In this document: positions 53,001 to 64,000 of the stretch, in pieces | Numbering within the stretch: position 1 is the stretch's first letter | Layout of the letters: every line of letters starts with the position of its first letter | Translations under genes and position numbers: made by a program | Notes under the pieces: generated by a model | What the model was told of the DNA's origin: nothing | Seen by the model: only the letters and a program-made list of their open reading frames with translations | Database searches by the model: none | Assembly (NCBI GenBank): GCA_051362555.1 | Contig: CM120645.1 | Span: 13,516,001 to 13,580,000 of the forward strand | Direction: 5' to 3' | Length of the DNA stretch: 64,000 nt | DNA from: Lingula anatina | Taxonomy: Eukaryota; Animalia; Brachiopoda

Positions 53001-54329
53001 CATATTGGCCAGTTAATTAATGCTGCTCCGGAACTGCCACCGACTTGAAAGTGGCGGATACAGGATTATTTAAAGGGGGGGGGGGGGGGGGGGGGGCGCG
53101 GATGCAAAGCCGAGCCTAACCGCCTACCCTTGGTGTGGGGTTAGGGGGCGGGGAAAATTTTTGGTATTTTAGAGGACGAACAGTTTCATTTGGTACGGTT
53201 TAGAACTATGATTCAATTAGTCAAAATTCTAATTTCAAGAGGGGACCACTGGTGTGTTTTTTTTTCAGAAATCGTAGAGAGTTCGCTTCCCACTCATTTG
53301 TACGAGTAAGCCTCGCCCTAGATTTTAACCCACTTAGGTCAGGCTAACCCTAACCATTATAACTATATGGAGGGCGGACTTACACGGACCCTCAGTTTCT
53401 TTACGCCGGAACCACAATAGTAGGTTTTTTTTTGTCATAAAATGCGATTGAAATTTGCGGCTTGATTGATGGAACACTAAGAACTTTATTTAGATGATTA
53501 TAACTGTTTTCAGTACATTTAACACAGGTGAGATAAAGTGTCTCTCAGAGGTCATTAACATTACCTGAATTACCCCACAACCAGGTTGAACCATATAGTA
53601 CAATATGAATATATACAATCCTTTTTTCTAGTTTGTTACTAATATTCATACGCAGAATTTTGTTCTTTAATACACAAAACCGTACCGAGTGGTAAATTCA
53701 GCACATATTTCCATATCCAAGTAATTTATCAAAAATTGCAAAATATCTACTCAAAACAGTTGGTGCACCTGTTTACTCTCCAGTGCGGTTATCAAGCCGT
53801 TATACTACAATATGTATGCAGGGCACAACCTCATTGCCCTCGCAGTTTAATAATACCTAAATAAAAACCCCGTGCAAATAAATGACTTTAAGATTTAGAT
53901 CTGTAAAGTAGCAAAAAAAAAAAAAAAATGAAATTTTACCATTTTGCACTTTGTTAATGCTAATTGGCGGACTATGACGTGTTGGAAGGGGTCGGTGCGT
54001 GTCCGTGCGTATCTGTGCGCTCATGTGCACATTCACACGTGTTTATGTACTGCAAAGAGCGTCATAAAGACAAGTGAAAAACAATACACAGGCAAACGTC
54101 AACGACGAACCCAGTGCTCTACAAAGGCGTTTTACCGTCCCTACATCCACAAAACACCAGATAACGCAGGTAATTTAATGATGCCTTCATCGTTAAGAAT
54201 GCTCAAATAATGCCATGTTTTAATATTAAAATAGTCAACGCAACAACTGTAAAACTTACCCGAATAAACATCTATAGTAACCACCAACAGGCAAAGGTTC
54301 CATGACAAACTGCCTAGTCTTGCATTCAT
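44323..54329 (-). CDS. Nicotinic acetylcholine receptor alpha subunit (alpha9/alpha10-like), gene 2; exons 54329..54260, 50187..50030, 49725..49681, 47155..47046, 46271..45736, 45279..45059, 44757..44323
   Basis: Phase-compatible GT-AG junctions. Signal MNARLGSLSWNLCLLVVTIDVYS; YDADNRPV; SLWVRQ; WNPD..YN; Cys-loop CLMDINYFPYDKQAC; VYGCCPEPY; GEK; EWEMVAVVIDRL. Confidence 0.92.
47620..48620 (+). mobile_element. Highly decayed Tc1/mariner transposase relic in intron 3 of nAChR gene 2
   Basis: FFIEVRF...RVYR...SVNIW (cf. FSDESRF...RVWR...SVMVW) and HDEVDGSHRA...LPWSSKSPHLNHIDNI (cf. QDNARPH...WP..SPDLNPIE). Boundaries approximate. Confidence 0.75.
49339..49660. mobile_element. CCGG-flanked TGT...ACA MITE (Ginger1-like) with a second such MITE nested at 49464..49622
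   Basis: CCGG-TGTGACAGGAATGG...CCATTCCTGTCACA-CCGG; inner CCGG-TGTAAC...GTAACA-CCGG. An uninterrupted relative of the outer element is at ~43273-43430, and relatives of the inner one at ~2540-2705 and ~53277-53410. Confidence 0.75.
51190..51448. mobile_element. MITE with ~50-bp TIRs, CCC termini, 2-bp TG flanks (EnSpm/CACTA-like)
   Basis: CCCCTGCGAAAATTTGTCTCATTTAACGCTCACTTACGGTTCTCAATCT / AGATTGAGAACCGTAAGTGAACGTTAAATAAGACACATTTTTAGCAGGGG. Confidence 0.7.
53051..53265 (+). repeat. Dispersed GGCGGATCCAGGA-(G)n repeat family (hAT-MITE-like end); other copies at ~12826, ~19410, ~24604, ~56661
   Basis: Shared GGCGGAT(C/A)CAGGATTATTT.AA(G)n..CGCGGATGCAAAGCCGA and downstream TTTGGTATTTTAGAGG...TTTGGTACGGTTTAG. 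Confidence 0.65.
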
Positions 54330-54789
54330 TGCAGCGCCTGTAATATACAAAACAAAGAGCTCGTAATCTCAAATCGATCAATTGTGATGCTTCGCTAGCT
54401 ATCAACCTGCACTGGTTGCTGGCTTAATGAAAAATGAATTGCTAGCTTCTCGACATTTTCCTGCCTGGAGTGACTTGTTTTTATTCTGTCCCTAGGCGCA
54501 CTGATACCGCGCAGAATGACTGTTGTTCTGCTCGGAGGAGTCACTACCCCTGCCACATCAGCCAAGACAAACCCATCCCTCACTACCTGCGAGGACCAGT
54601 TTGAAAAATGAGATTCATTTTCCAACGCCCATCATCCGCAAGGATATGAATTGTGGAACTCACTTATATCATGCAACTGTTTTGTTTTGGTCGCTGTGTC
54701 ACCAACTGAACTGGTATACGAGGTGTGAGAGTCGCCAGGGCGGTTGCGAGGGGTGGTGTTGGTCGGTGGTCGCCTAGGGCTGGGGGGGG

Positions 54790-55060
<271 letters not shown>

Positions 55061-55580
55061 GCGCGCCAGCATAGTGTTTTGTTGTTTTGTTTGAAGAGAA
55101 CTACTGAATAATTCCCCCATTTTTAATCTCTTAGGTCAAAAAGGGGCGTATACAGTATATTGGAGCCCCCTTACGTATGAAAAAAATAGAAAAAAAGAGC
55201 GTTTATATTGCTGCCTTATGCTTATACTAAAGAACGTCAAAAACCGTCAACTACAGTTATTTATTCTAAATTCTCACACAGATATGTGATATGTGTCATT
55301 AAAAAAAAAATTAGGTGACAGCATCATCCATATGTGCCCCCTCCCCTACAGTAAATATCAGGCCCCATCACTAGCTGTGTTGTAAACACTGACATGGATC
55401 TTCCCAACTCAAAACCACAGGAATGAATAACTTCACGTTTACTATCTCAGTTATTTTGATGGACCCAAAGTAAAAAAGAAGTTATTCTATTTTTCATAAA
55501 GAACAATTCATAAAGGAACCTGCAGTGTGCAGATGTCCCTACATGGGTTCTTCTTATATTACTGATGTCTGCATGTTATC

Positions 55581-55748
<168 letters not shown>

Positions 55749-57993
55749 AAGGGTATGCTAGATAGGTTAAATAGCCAATAATGCTATTGAAATGAGTTAG
55801 TTAGCCATGCGTGTTGTGTCCCATTAAAACATAATCTTATATATAAACGCCGTGCTAGGTGTGGTTAGGACAAGATTTCAATTGCCTGTACCAAATGTTA
55901 GAGAGGGGAAGTTCTCGCGTGACATGAAGAAATAATATGTACTTAAATATGGGGGCAATATATCAAAGGGTTAATGACTTATTTTTAAAAGTCGCAGTAT
56001 CTACAGAAGTGAAGTAGGCGGAATTTAGGTATCAGATGGTGCTTGTCGGTACATTATTTGATCGAGCTCTATATAGCATATGTCATAAATAAAGTGTATA
56101 ACAAATAAAGCCATCGGGGTTTAAGCGTGCACGTTTCTTTTCACTTAATAATTTAATATATATCAAACAGAGCTGAAATTAAACCGTATATATCACTTTC
56201 TAGGCCGGCATGTACTTAATAGTGATGAAAAACAATTTGGAGAACTAGAGGCTGTCGGGCGGTTCGCAGTATTTAATATGGATACAGCTAAATAGCATGT
56301 TTTTAAATATAGGCATGTGCATATAAATATAGAACAAAATTCACCGAAAGCAAATAAACTGAAAATAATAAAACAGAGTAAAATAATTAGATAAATAAGT
56401 GTAAGCAGAACACAAATTGAAATGTCATGTAAAATAAGTAAGCCTAAATACACGTATACAGAATACTGTACAGTAGGTAGACGGTACTTTTTCAGAACAT
56501 TTTTCAAATGATTCTATGTTAGGTAGGCCTATATTTATACACAAGCTGTTGAAATTCGCTATTATTGTTCTTGTTATTGTATGCTGCAATGACACATGAA
56601 ATACACGAAAAGTATGAGTCAGAGTTCAGTCAAATTTTAACTCAGATGATAACACATATTCAGGGGCGGATCTAGGATTATTTGAAGAGGCGGGGTCCAG
56701 GAATGCGAACAGCAGTAAAATAAAACTACCCAAAACAACAGCCAACATTATAACTAGTTTGATTTCAGAGTTATCCTTGACTGGCTGGGAATGCATCTGT
56801 TGTGTTAGTTGTTCTACCTTGTGTTGCACCATCTCAACTGGCGCAATGTCTGAAGTCCAGACCCAAAACGCTCAGCTGTCACCTTGGCTGTTTGTTGAAT
56901 CTCGAAACCACCCAAAACAATCTTTATTTTTGCATACTAGTCTAGTCTACCAAAATAAAAAAAGTTCAAAATCAGTTAAATATTTCTTATCGACTTTATT
57001 AAAAATCCCTATAGTCCGCCATACAAACGTTATAATAAGGGCAACTTGTGAAACAAATATACCCTTCACGCGCCTTAAAAGTTCAAAATGAAATAGAGAC
57101 AGGCGTTAAATCATACTTAAACTCACTCTACATACACTAAACGCCATAGGCTCCATTCATCGTTTGTAAGTCCCTCTTGGACAGAGGTGGAAACCCCAGG
57201 ACAAACGCTAACGAAGTGATCGTCTCACAGATATTATGCCATTCCTCGGTTTGAATGGGACGCATGGAGCGGGCATTTTGATATGGAACCGTGCCATGCG
57301 TGTCATGAGTGCCAAGAATGACTGAAAACGCCCGACATCTTGTTGCACACTTAATTCAAGTATAACATTATTCCTGGGATTACACATCTCACTGAACTTC
57401 GACTTTCGATTATCTGGGCATTTTTTGTCTTTTTCATGATTAAATGTGAGTGATTCGTATTTTTTAATGGTAGGCCCCTATCATTATTTGCAATATGCTT
57501 TATGTTTAGTTGTTTTCTTACAATATGACGCCCCAATATATATCGCACTCACAAACAAAATTTTCAAGTTTTGTTCCCTTTGAATGGCATTGGAGATTCT
57601 TAGTAATTCTGACATGTTTTATGAGTGTTTTTAGTCAGAGTTTCCCTTAAAAAAATGCTCGGTAAATATCCCGATTCTGACACCATGTGTTTAAGTGATA
57701 CTGACACAAGGCTCCATGTGCTTGCCGAACTATTTTATTATAACATCGAAGTGTCTTTGTTGCCTCTTTGCTGGGGCTACATGATTATGTACTAGTATAT
57801 GGGCAAAATAAAGTAGTCCTATTCACATTCATTCTGCGCGGTATCAGTTCGCCTAGGGGCAAATAAAAACAAGTCACACCCGACCGGGGAGTGTCGAGAA
57901 GCTAGCAATTTATTCTTCATTACGCCAACAACCAGTGCAGGTTGACAGGGAGGCATCACAGATCACGAGTTCTTAGTTTTGTATTATACAGGA

Positions 57994-60900
57994 ATGGCAA
58001 TGAATGCAGGACTAAGCGGATTGTCATGGAAACTCTGCCTGTTGATGGTTACCATAGATATGAATTCGGGTAAGTATAAGATTTGATGTGTTCAATATTA
58101 GCATTATATTCTTTGAGTATTGCTAACGATGAAGGCATCATTAAATCAAATAGTTCGTAATATTAAATATTTTTATAATTTTTGTGACCTGTTGTCTAAA
58201 ATTATGCCACCAATTTGTCGTCCACAGTATTATTTATAGATTGCCTACTTTGCTCATTTCGTTTCGTAACACTGTATGGATGGACCTTTCACGTCGTTTG
58301 AAATCCCAGAATGCGGTGTTCCCTTTCTGGAAGATTTATTCTGGACTTTTTTCTTATTTTCGCCATAAATTCCAATAAAATAGTTCAATTGATTTTTTTA
58401 AAACCAGCATTACACTGTGGGTGACCGACTTAAATTGTGGTATAAAGCGCGTGTTAACGAGGCCTGTACATTCTTACTGCCAAATTATGACGGCTGACTT
58501 CTTCAGACCTGTCCGACAAAGCAAGAGGAAAATGCCTTCTTCTACATGTAGCAGGCTGATATATCTTACATTAAAGATTTGTAGATATTCCATTATCTAT
58601 AATTATGGAAAAAGTAAGCAACGTCCTAGTAAAATTAGGTCAACATCAAGTGACTAGAATTCGGTTTATTTGTATATGAAAGTCGGCAGTAAATTTGACG
58701 TCACAATTATACGACTCATTCTTTTGTATGACATAAATGCATTTTTAACAAAAAGACGAATATATCTCATGAATCTTATATTATTGCTACCCGGTATATA
58801 GTGTTGTTGTTGTCTGCTTTTCCCGCGGTTTTAAGTAGGTCACCAGTGACTATGCAATGTCAGAGAGGGCTCCGTCAGTTAAAATCTCTTAAGAGATTTT
58901 AACAAAAAACCGTTCGTTTAGGAAAAAAAAAACCCTGGATTAACTTTGAATGCAGGAATGGGGTCGTTGACCATTGGTAAGTACGGGAAAATTGCCGTTT
59001 TTTCCCGGAAAATCCAATTTTTGGCCAAAACGAAGAGTTATTATGATTTTAAACAGATTAATAGAAGTTGCCGTTACCACTGACCTCTTTTTCCTTTTTC
59101 TTTTTCACATAATATTTAAATAAGAAAAAAACTCAGATGGTGGACTCCACTGCCCATAAATTTTTATTCTAAAACTGATTTTAGGAGACGCGCCTCCACC
59201 TTTCGTAAAGACATCACTGCCGAGAAACGTGAACTATCTTAATTGAAAGTATTCGGCGCCCTAAACATTAAAAACAAGCACGGTTTAAAATGGTTTCTAA
59301 GTGTGGCAATTAATTTTTATAACCCCCTACAATAAACAGTTACAATTTCTGTTTTTTTCCACTGCATGGATTGCCCAGTATGCCATGTGCTTTGAGTCAC
59401 TGAAATGGGTCGTTATCATAGCCATTGTAATATACGCACATTTTTGTAAAAAAAAAAAAAAAAAAAAGATCCCCTTCCCATACCTAGATCGATCTTGCAG
59501 GCTCGGCCCATCTCCGAGGGGTTTCTCGCTAAATTACATTCGACTTAAGCGGCTCTGATGTCTGCCACGCCTACTGAAGCTGTTAAGGTGTAGTTAACTA
59601 TCGTTTAGCAGCTTCAGTGAGCGTGCCAGACATCTAAGCCACTTAAACTGAAAGCAATTTAGCGAGAATCCCCTAGGAGATGGGTCGATCCTGCTAGATC
59701 GATCTAGGTATAGAAATGGGGTCTTTGTGGTTTATGAATTGAGGACAGTAGTCCCACAGCTAAGCTGAGGGATAATATGATCTGCTGGTAAAGAGGCTAT
59801 CTGAAGGAATTGTTATAGATAATTAACAAACGGAGCTTTGTTATATGTACAGAACCTCATCCAAACAAATTGCCATGTACCTGACAAAGTGGGGTTAATT
59901 TCTATACAGTCAAAAGCAATTTAATCTATTTTTTATCAACTCTATGAAGCAATTGTATCAAAATCAATTTTCGCATTCGAAATGTTTTGACATTTTCGTT
60001 ATTATTTTGGTGGAAATCAATGAGTCGCTATCATCGAATTAGGTTACAACTGAGTTAATTGTTATAGCTTTCTGAAAAATAACAAAACATGTTTTGCAGT
60101 GGTGGTAATAGGAAGAGGTTAAAGTGGAGTAGGGGGCTAACTCTTACGAGTCTATGTTTTAAGAGTAAATCGGATCCATTAATTATTTCTATTCACCCGC
60201 ATTCTCACCTGATCATCACAACAGAACATACAAAAACACGCAATTAAACAATTATTGGATTTTAAAAAATGAGGTATTGACGAGAAAGTTTACAGTAATA
60301 TAATCTCTGTCATAATAGATATCTTGTACCAAAATAGGCTCTAAGACCGAGGCACTTCATTCGGCCACTCATCCACTCGTCCTCTTACACCAACTCCTAC
60401 CTCTGTCTATATACATTATATTTCACTAAGGGAATTGTTTGAAACAAATAACACCATCGGTTGCCTTTTTAACACTCATTGTTTATTTTTTTTTTTTGAA
60501 AAATCCATTTAATTTGTGATTTTTCAGTCTTCTCAGTTTCGGCACACTCGCTTACTTATAGAACTTTGGTCAAGCTTAAAGAAAAGCTCCTCTCTGAATA
60601 TGACGCAGACAACAGGCCCGTTGTAAATCCGAATCACACAATTACTGTGAAGATAGATATAAGTATTAACCAAGTTATTGAATTGGTAAGGATCATATCC
60701 TCTCTCTGTCTCTTTCTCGCTCTCTCTTTAAACCCTATTGTTTTTTCATATACTTTAGAAGATATTCGCCTACTATTCATATATTTATCATTTTTGATTT
60801 TAAGGAAGTACGCAAACATTAGAATTAGTATTTCACTATCTTAAGTCATTTACATTTGCAATGATTAAATTGAGAATAAAATAGATTTGCCATTTTAAAG

Positions 60901-63900
60901 CCTTGTTGCCCCTGCGGCATAGGCTACACAAAATATAAGAATGTTGCACGAGATGTTGTAAGAAGCTTTTGTGATGTGTTTTAAGAGTTTAATTGTTCTC
61001 TCAGAACGCTGCAGAGCAGACACTATTCGCAAGTCTATGGGTGAGACAGGTATGTTTGTGTTGTCATTGCCAGTATTTATTATTTTATTCAGTTCATTTA
61101 TCTTAGCTATTGTTATTGCTGTTTCCCTCGACGTTGCTCAAGCCAACAACTTTTAAAAAATACTGAAGTATTTAAGCAGATGAATTGAATGTCTAGTGCA
61201 GTTATTTCAGAACTGAAATGCAAAAGAAAATAATCAAAACCAAATGAACATTTTATATCTTGGATATCATACATGTACGGGACCATGTCAAATAAGGGTT
61301 CATGAGCCACATGCATCTGATATATCAATTAATTTTCACTTTTAAACGTAAGCCATTGCATATTTTATAGCACTGCATATCGTACTGTGTCTCCCTTTTT
61401 GAAGTCTGTTTTAAATTTCCGAAAATTCAGCTGAACAGCACTGAACCGTAATTGATAAAATTTTCGATTTTATTCTCAGGAATGGAAAGACGAAATTCTT
61501 ACATGGAATGTGTCCGAGCACGCCAACATCACAAGTTTCGACGTCGCCATTGACAGCATATGGAAACCGGACATTACTATATACAATGAGTATGTGTGTT
61601 TAAATATTTAACACACACGCACACGTGCGCACACAAGCACATACACACCAACTCATGTAAACGCAAACAGACACAAACACATAGACACACACGTTTACAC
61701 TCACACACGGGCAGGCAAGTCCATGCAGACATGCGCACTCACACATAAGCATAGATATAAATGTACACAGGAAAAAAAGAAAAAAAAAACGTATCTTTCA
61801 CATAAAAGTGATCTATGCTGTTAAACGACATTAATTTTTTTATATACTGAAACCATCCAATTTTCTTCTGGCGTGCGATATAGCATGGCTTTGCATACTA
61901 TACGTCAGTAGACTAGACTAGACTAGACATCAAATGTTCTGCACAGTGTTGCCTACTTGTTTGAAAAAGTTGAAAAGGCGTATAGACATGCTGGCATGCT
62001 GAATGATGAAATGTCATAGAACAATATGTATTCGATACAGTACATGAAGTTGGTTGAAAACAATCAAGTTTTTAATATTACATGAATCATACAAAAGGAA
62101 AATAAGGTAATACGCATGGTAAGTGGGGAAAACACTGGATCTTTACTCGATCACTATCATTCAGCGTACGAGATCAGGTTGCAATAAAAGCTATAAATAC
62201 AATATATAAAATATTAATTTACCTTTTCATTTGCAGTGCATTATTTTGGGAGGACATTTCGTGCAATGTACGTTGGAGAATAGAAAAATGTCCTCCCAAA
62301 ATTATGCATTGCAATTCAAATGAAAAGGTAAATTAATATTTCATGTATTGTATTTATAGCTTTTATTGCAACAGAGTAAAATACATAGTGACGCACCCCC
62401 GTTGAGGGCCTTGCGGTCACTATATATCTTCAGCAAACGGGACCAGAGTAAAATCAAAATCAATAATAACTATTTGATATACACGTTCAACATTTAAAAA
62501 AAAAATTTATCCATTTATTTATTTATTTATTATTATTATTATTTTATATTGTAATTAACGGATGCTTTGATGTTAAACCATCCTCTTTATTGCAGTGTAC
62601 GAGATGAGGGGAGACATGAAGGCGGATTTCCCGCCGCCGTCCACAGTAACGGCAAGGTCACGTGGGACTTTCCACTCATCCTGAAGAGCAGCTGTCTTAT
62701 GGACATCAACTACTTCCCATACGACAAACAAGCCTGCCCAATCAAGTTTGGTTCCTGGCATTTCCATGGTCACCAGTTGGATCTGCAGAACAAAAGCGCG
62801 GCGGGAGACCAGACGTCATTTGTTCCAAACGGAGAGTGGCAATTAATGGCTGCTCCCGCCATACGAACATCCACTGTCTACGGCTGCTGCCCAGAACCTT
62901 ACAATGACGTCACGTTTTATCTGATCATGTGTCGTAAACCTTTGTATTATATGTACAATCTGATATTGCCTTGTATTGTGGTTTTGTCCATGACGGCTGT
63001 GAGTTTCTACCTACCGGTGGAGTCCGGAGAGAAAGTGTCGTTTGGTGTGACTGCCGTGTTGGCCATGATGGTATTCCTACAGCTGGTCTCGGATTTAACG
63101 CCTACTCAGTCTGATGTGGTACCAGTTTTAAGTAAGTTGAGAGATGCCTTTAAATAGAATACAATTCCCCAATAGCTAGCCAGTCAGTTTAAGAACTTTG
63201 AATATAACCTAGTAACCTTAAGATGATATGGAATACTTATACCAGTAATTTATTTTCTGTTTTTTTAAATTAAGAAAAATGATCTTTAAGTAATATTCAC
63301 CCACATATAAAATCCATCATCAATTTTCTTTGTAATTTGAAGTTGAAAATAAAGCTGAAAAATATTCACATTTTCCAAATAAAAATTCTTATTGCCAAAG
63401 AATGGATATTTCACGAAAATATAGAAGAAAAAGTCCACATATAATTCCAAACAGTATTTCATTTATTTTCCACCATTGTACTGCAGGTATGTACCTGGGC
63501 ATTGTTCTACTATTACTGTGTTTCTCCACCATGAGCAGCATCGTGGTGTCCAACATTCATTTAAGCGGAGAACAGGGTCACGAGATGCCAAACTGGATGA
63601 GGAAGCTGGTCTTGGGGTTTTTAGGCACCATCGCCTGCAAGAGGAAAGCAATCAAAACGGCGCTTGATGAAGATGCGGAGAATTCTATCAAACTAGAGCC
63701 TGTGCGTGTATGAGTGTACTTCTTATACTTTCTTCAATGTTCGTATTTTTCTCTTCCAGTATTCGCCATGCTTACTTAGTTCTGCCCCTCTACTTTCTTC
63801 AGTTGTTTTCTATCATCAACTATTTGGATCTGTATTAAAATAATAATAATAATATAACAAAGTTAATCTTAGCCATTAAAATACATGGGAGCTCATTAAA

Positions 63901-64000
63901 ACTTTACTTTAGTACAACGTCTTGATCATAGCCAATAAGGTAAGCAATTTTACTTCTAATTTCAGAGCGAAAATCGAAATGGACGACTGCGGCTTTCATC
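57994..64000 (+). CDS. Nicotinic acetylcholine receptor alpha subunit (alpha9/alpha10-like), gene 3, 3'-incomplete; exons 57994(or 58000)..58069, 60528..60685, 61005..61049, 61480..61589, 62596..63131, 63487..63707, 63966..>64000
   Basis: Exon lengths match gene 2 (70/158/45/110/536/221 nt). Cys-loop, VYGCCPEPY, GEK, M1-M3 present. The last exon runs off the window. Confidence 0.92.
59466..59725. repeat. ~255-bp foldback (near-complete palindrome) element in intron 1 of gene 3
   Basis: Arms TACCTAGATCGATCT.GCAGG...CTGAAGCTG.TAA and TTAGCAGCTTCAG...CCTGCTAGATCGATCTAGGTA are centred on TAGTTAACTA (59591-59600). Confidence 0.8.
62178..62372. repeat. Inverted repeat with ~80-bp arms in intron 4 of gene 3
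   Basis: GTTGCAATAAAAGCTATAAATACAATA...TTTTGGGAGGACATTT / AAATGTCCTCCCAAAA...TATTGTATTTATAGCTTTTATTGCAAC. Confidence 0.85.

Noticed and set aside
58878-58903. Perfect 26-bp palindrome GTTAAAATCTCTTAAGAGATTTTAAC
   Set aside because: Isolated and AT-rich, with no supporting context.

Overview
AT-rich eukaryotic genomic DNA, most likely from a marine invertebrate (spliceosomal GT-AG introns, many microsatellites and MITEs); the species cannot be determined from sequence alone. The left part has three minus-strand genes: a membrane-anchored protein with about 6-7 tandem ubiquitin-like domains, a single-coding-exon type II membrane protein with two glycosyltransferase-like domains, and a class I SAM methyltransferase with a pseudogenised paralog. 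A 5'-truncated RTE-clade LINE lies between the methyltransferase copies. 18.6-29.0 kb is a head-to-tail dimer of a 5.2-kb TTAA-flanked, probably Kolobok-type DNA transposon with a decayed spliced transposase. The right half is a cluster of three 7-exon nicotinic acetylcholine receptor alpha-subunit genes (alpha9/10-like). Gene 1 has a tandemly duplicated, apparently mutually exclusive loop-A exon that switches the ligand-binding Tyr to His. Genes 2 and 3 are a divergent inverted duplication around an (AAT)n(ATT)n palindrome. All exon structures were read by eye and no database search was run.
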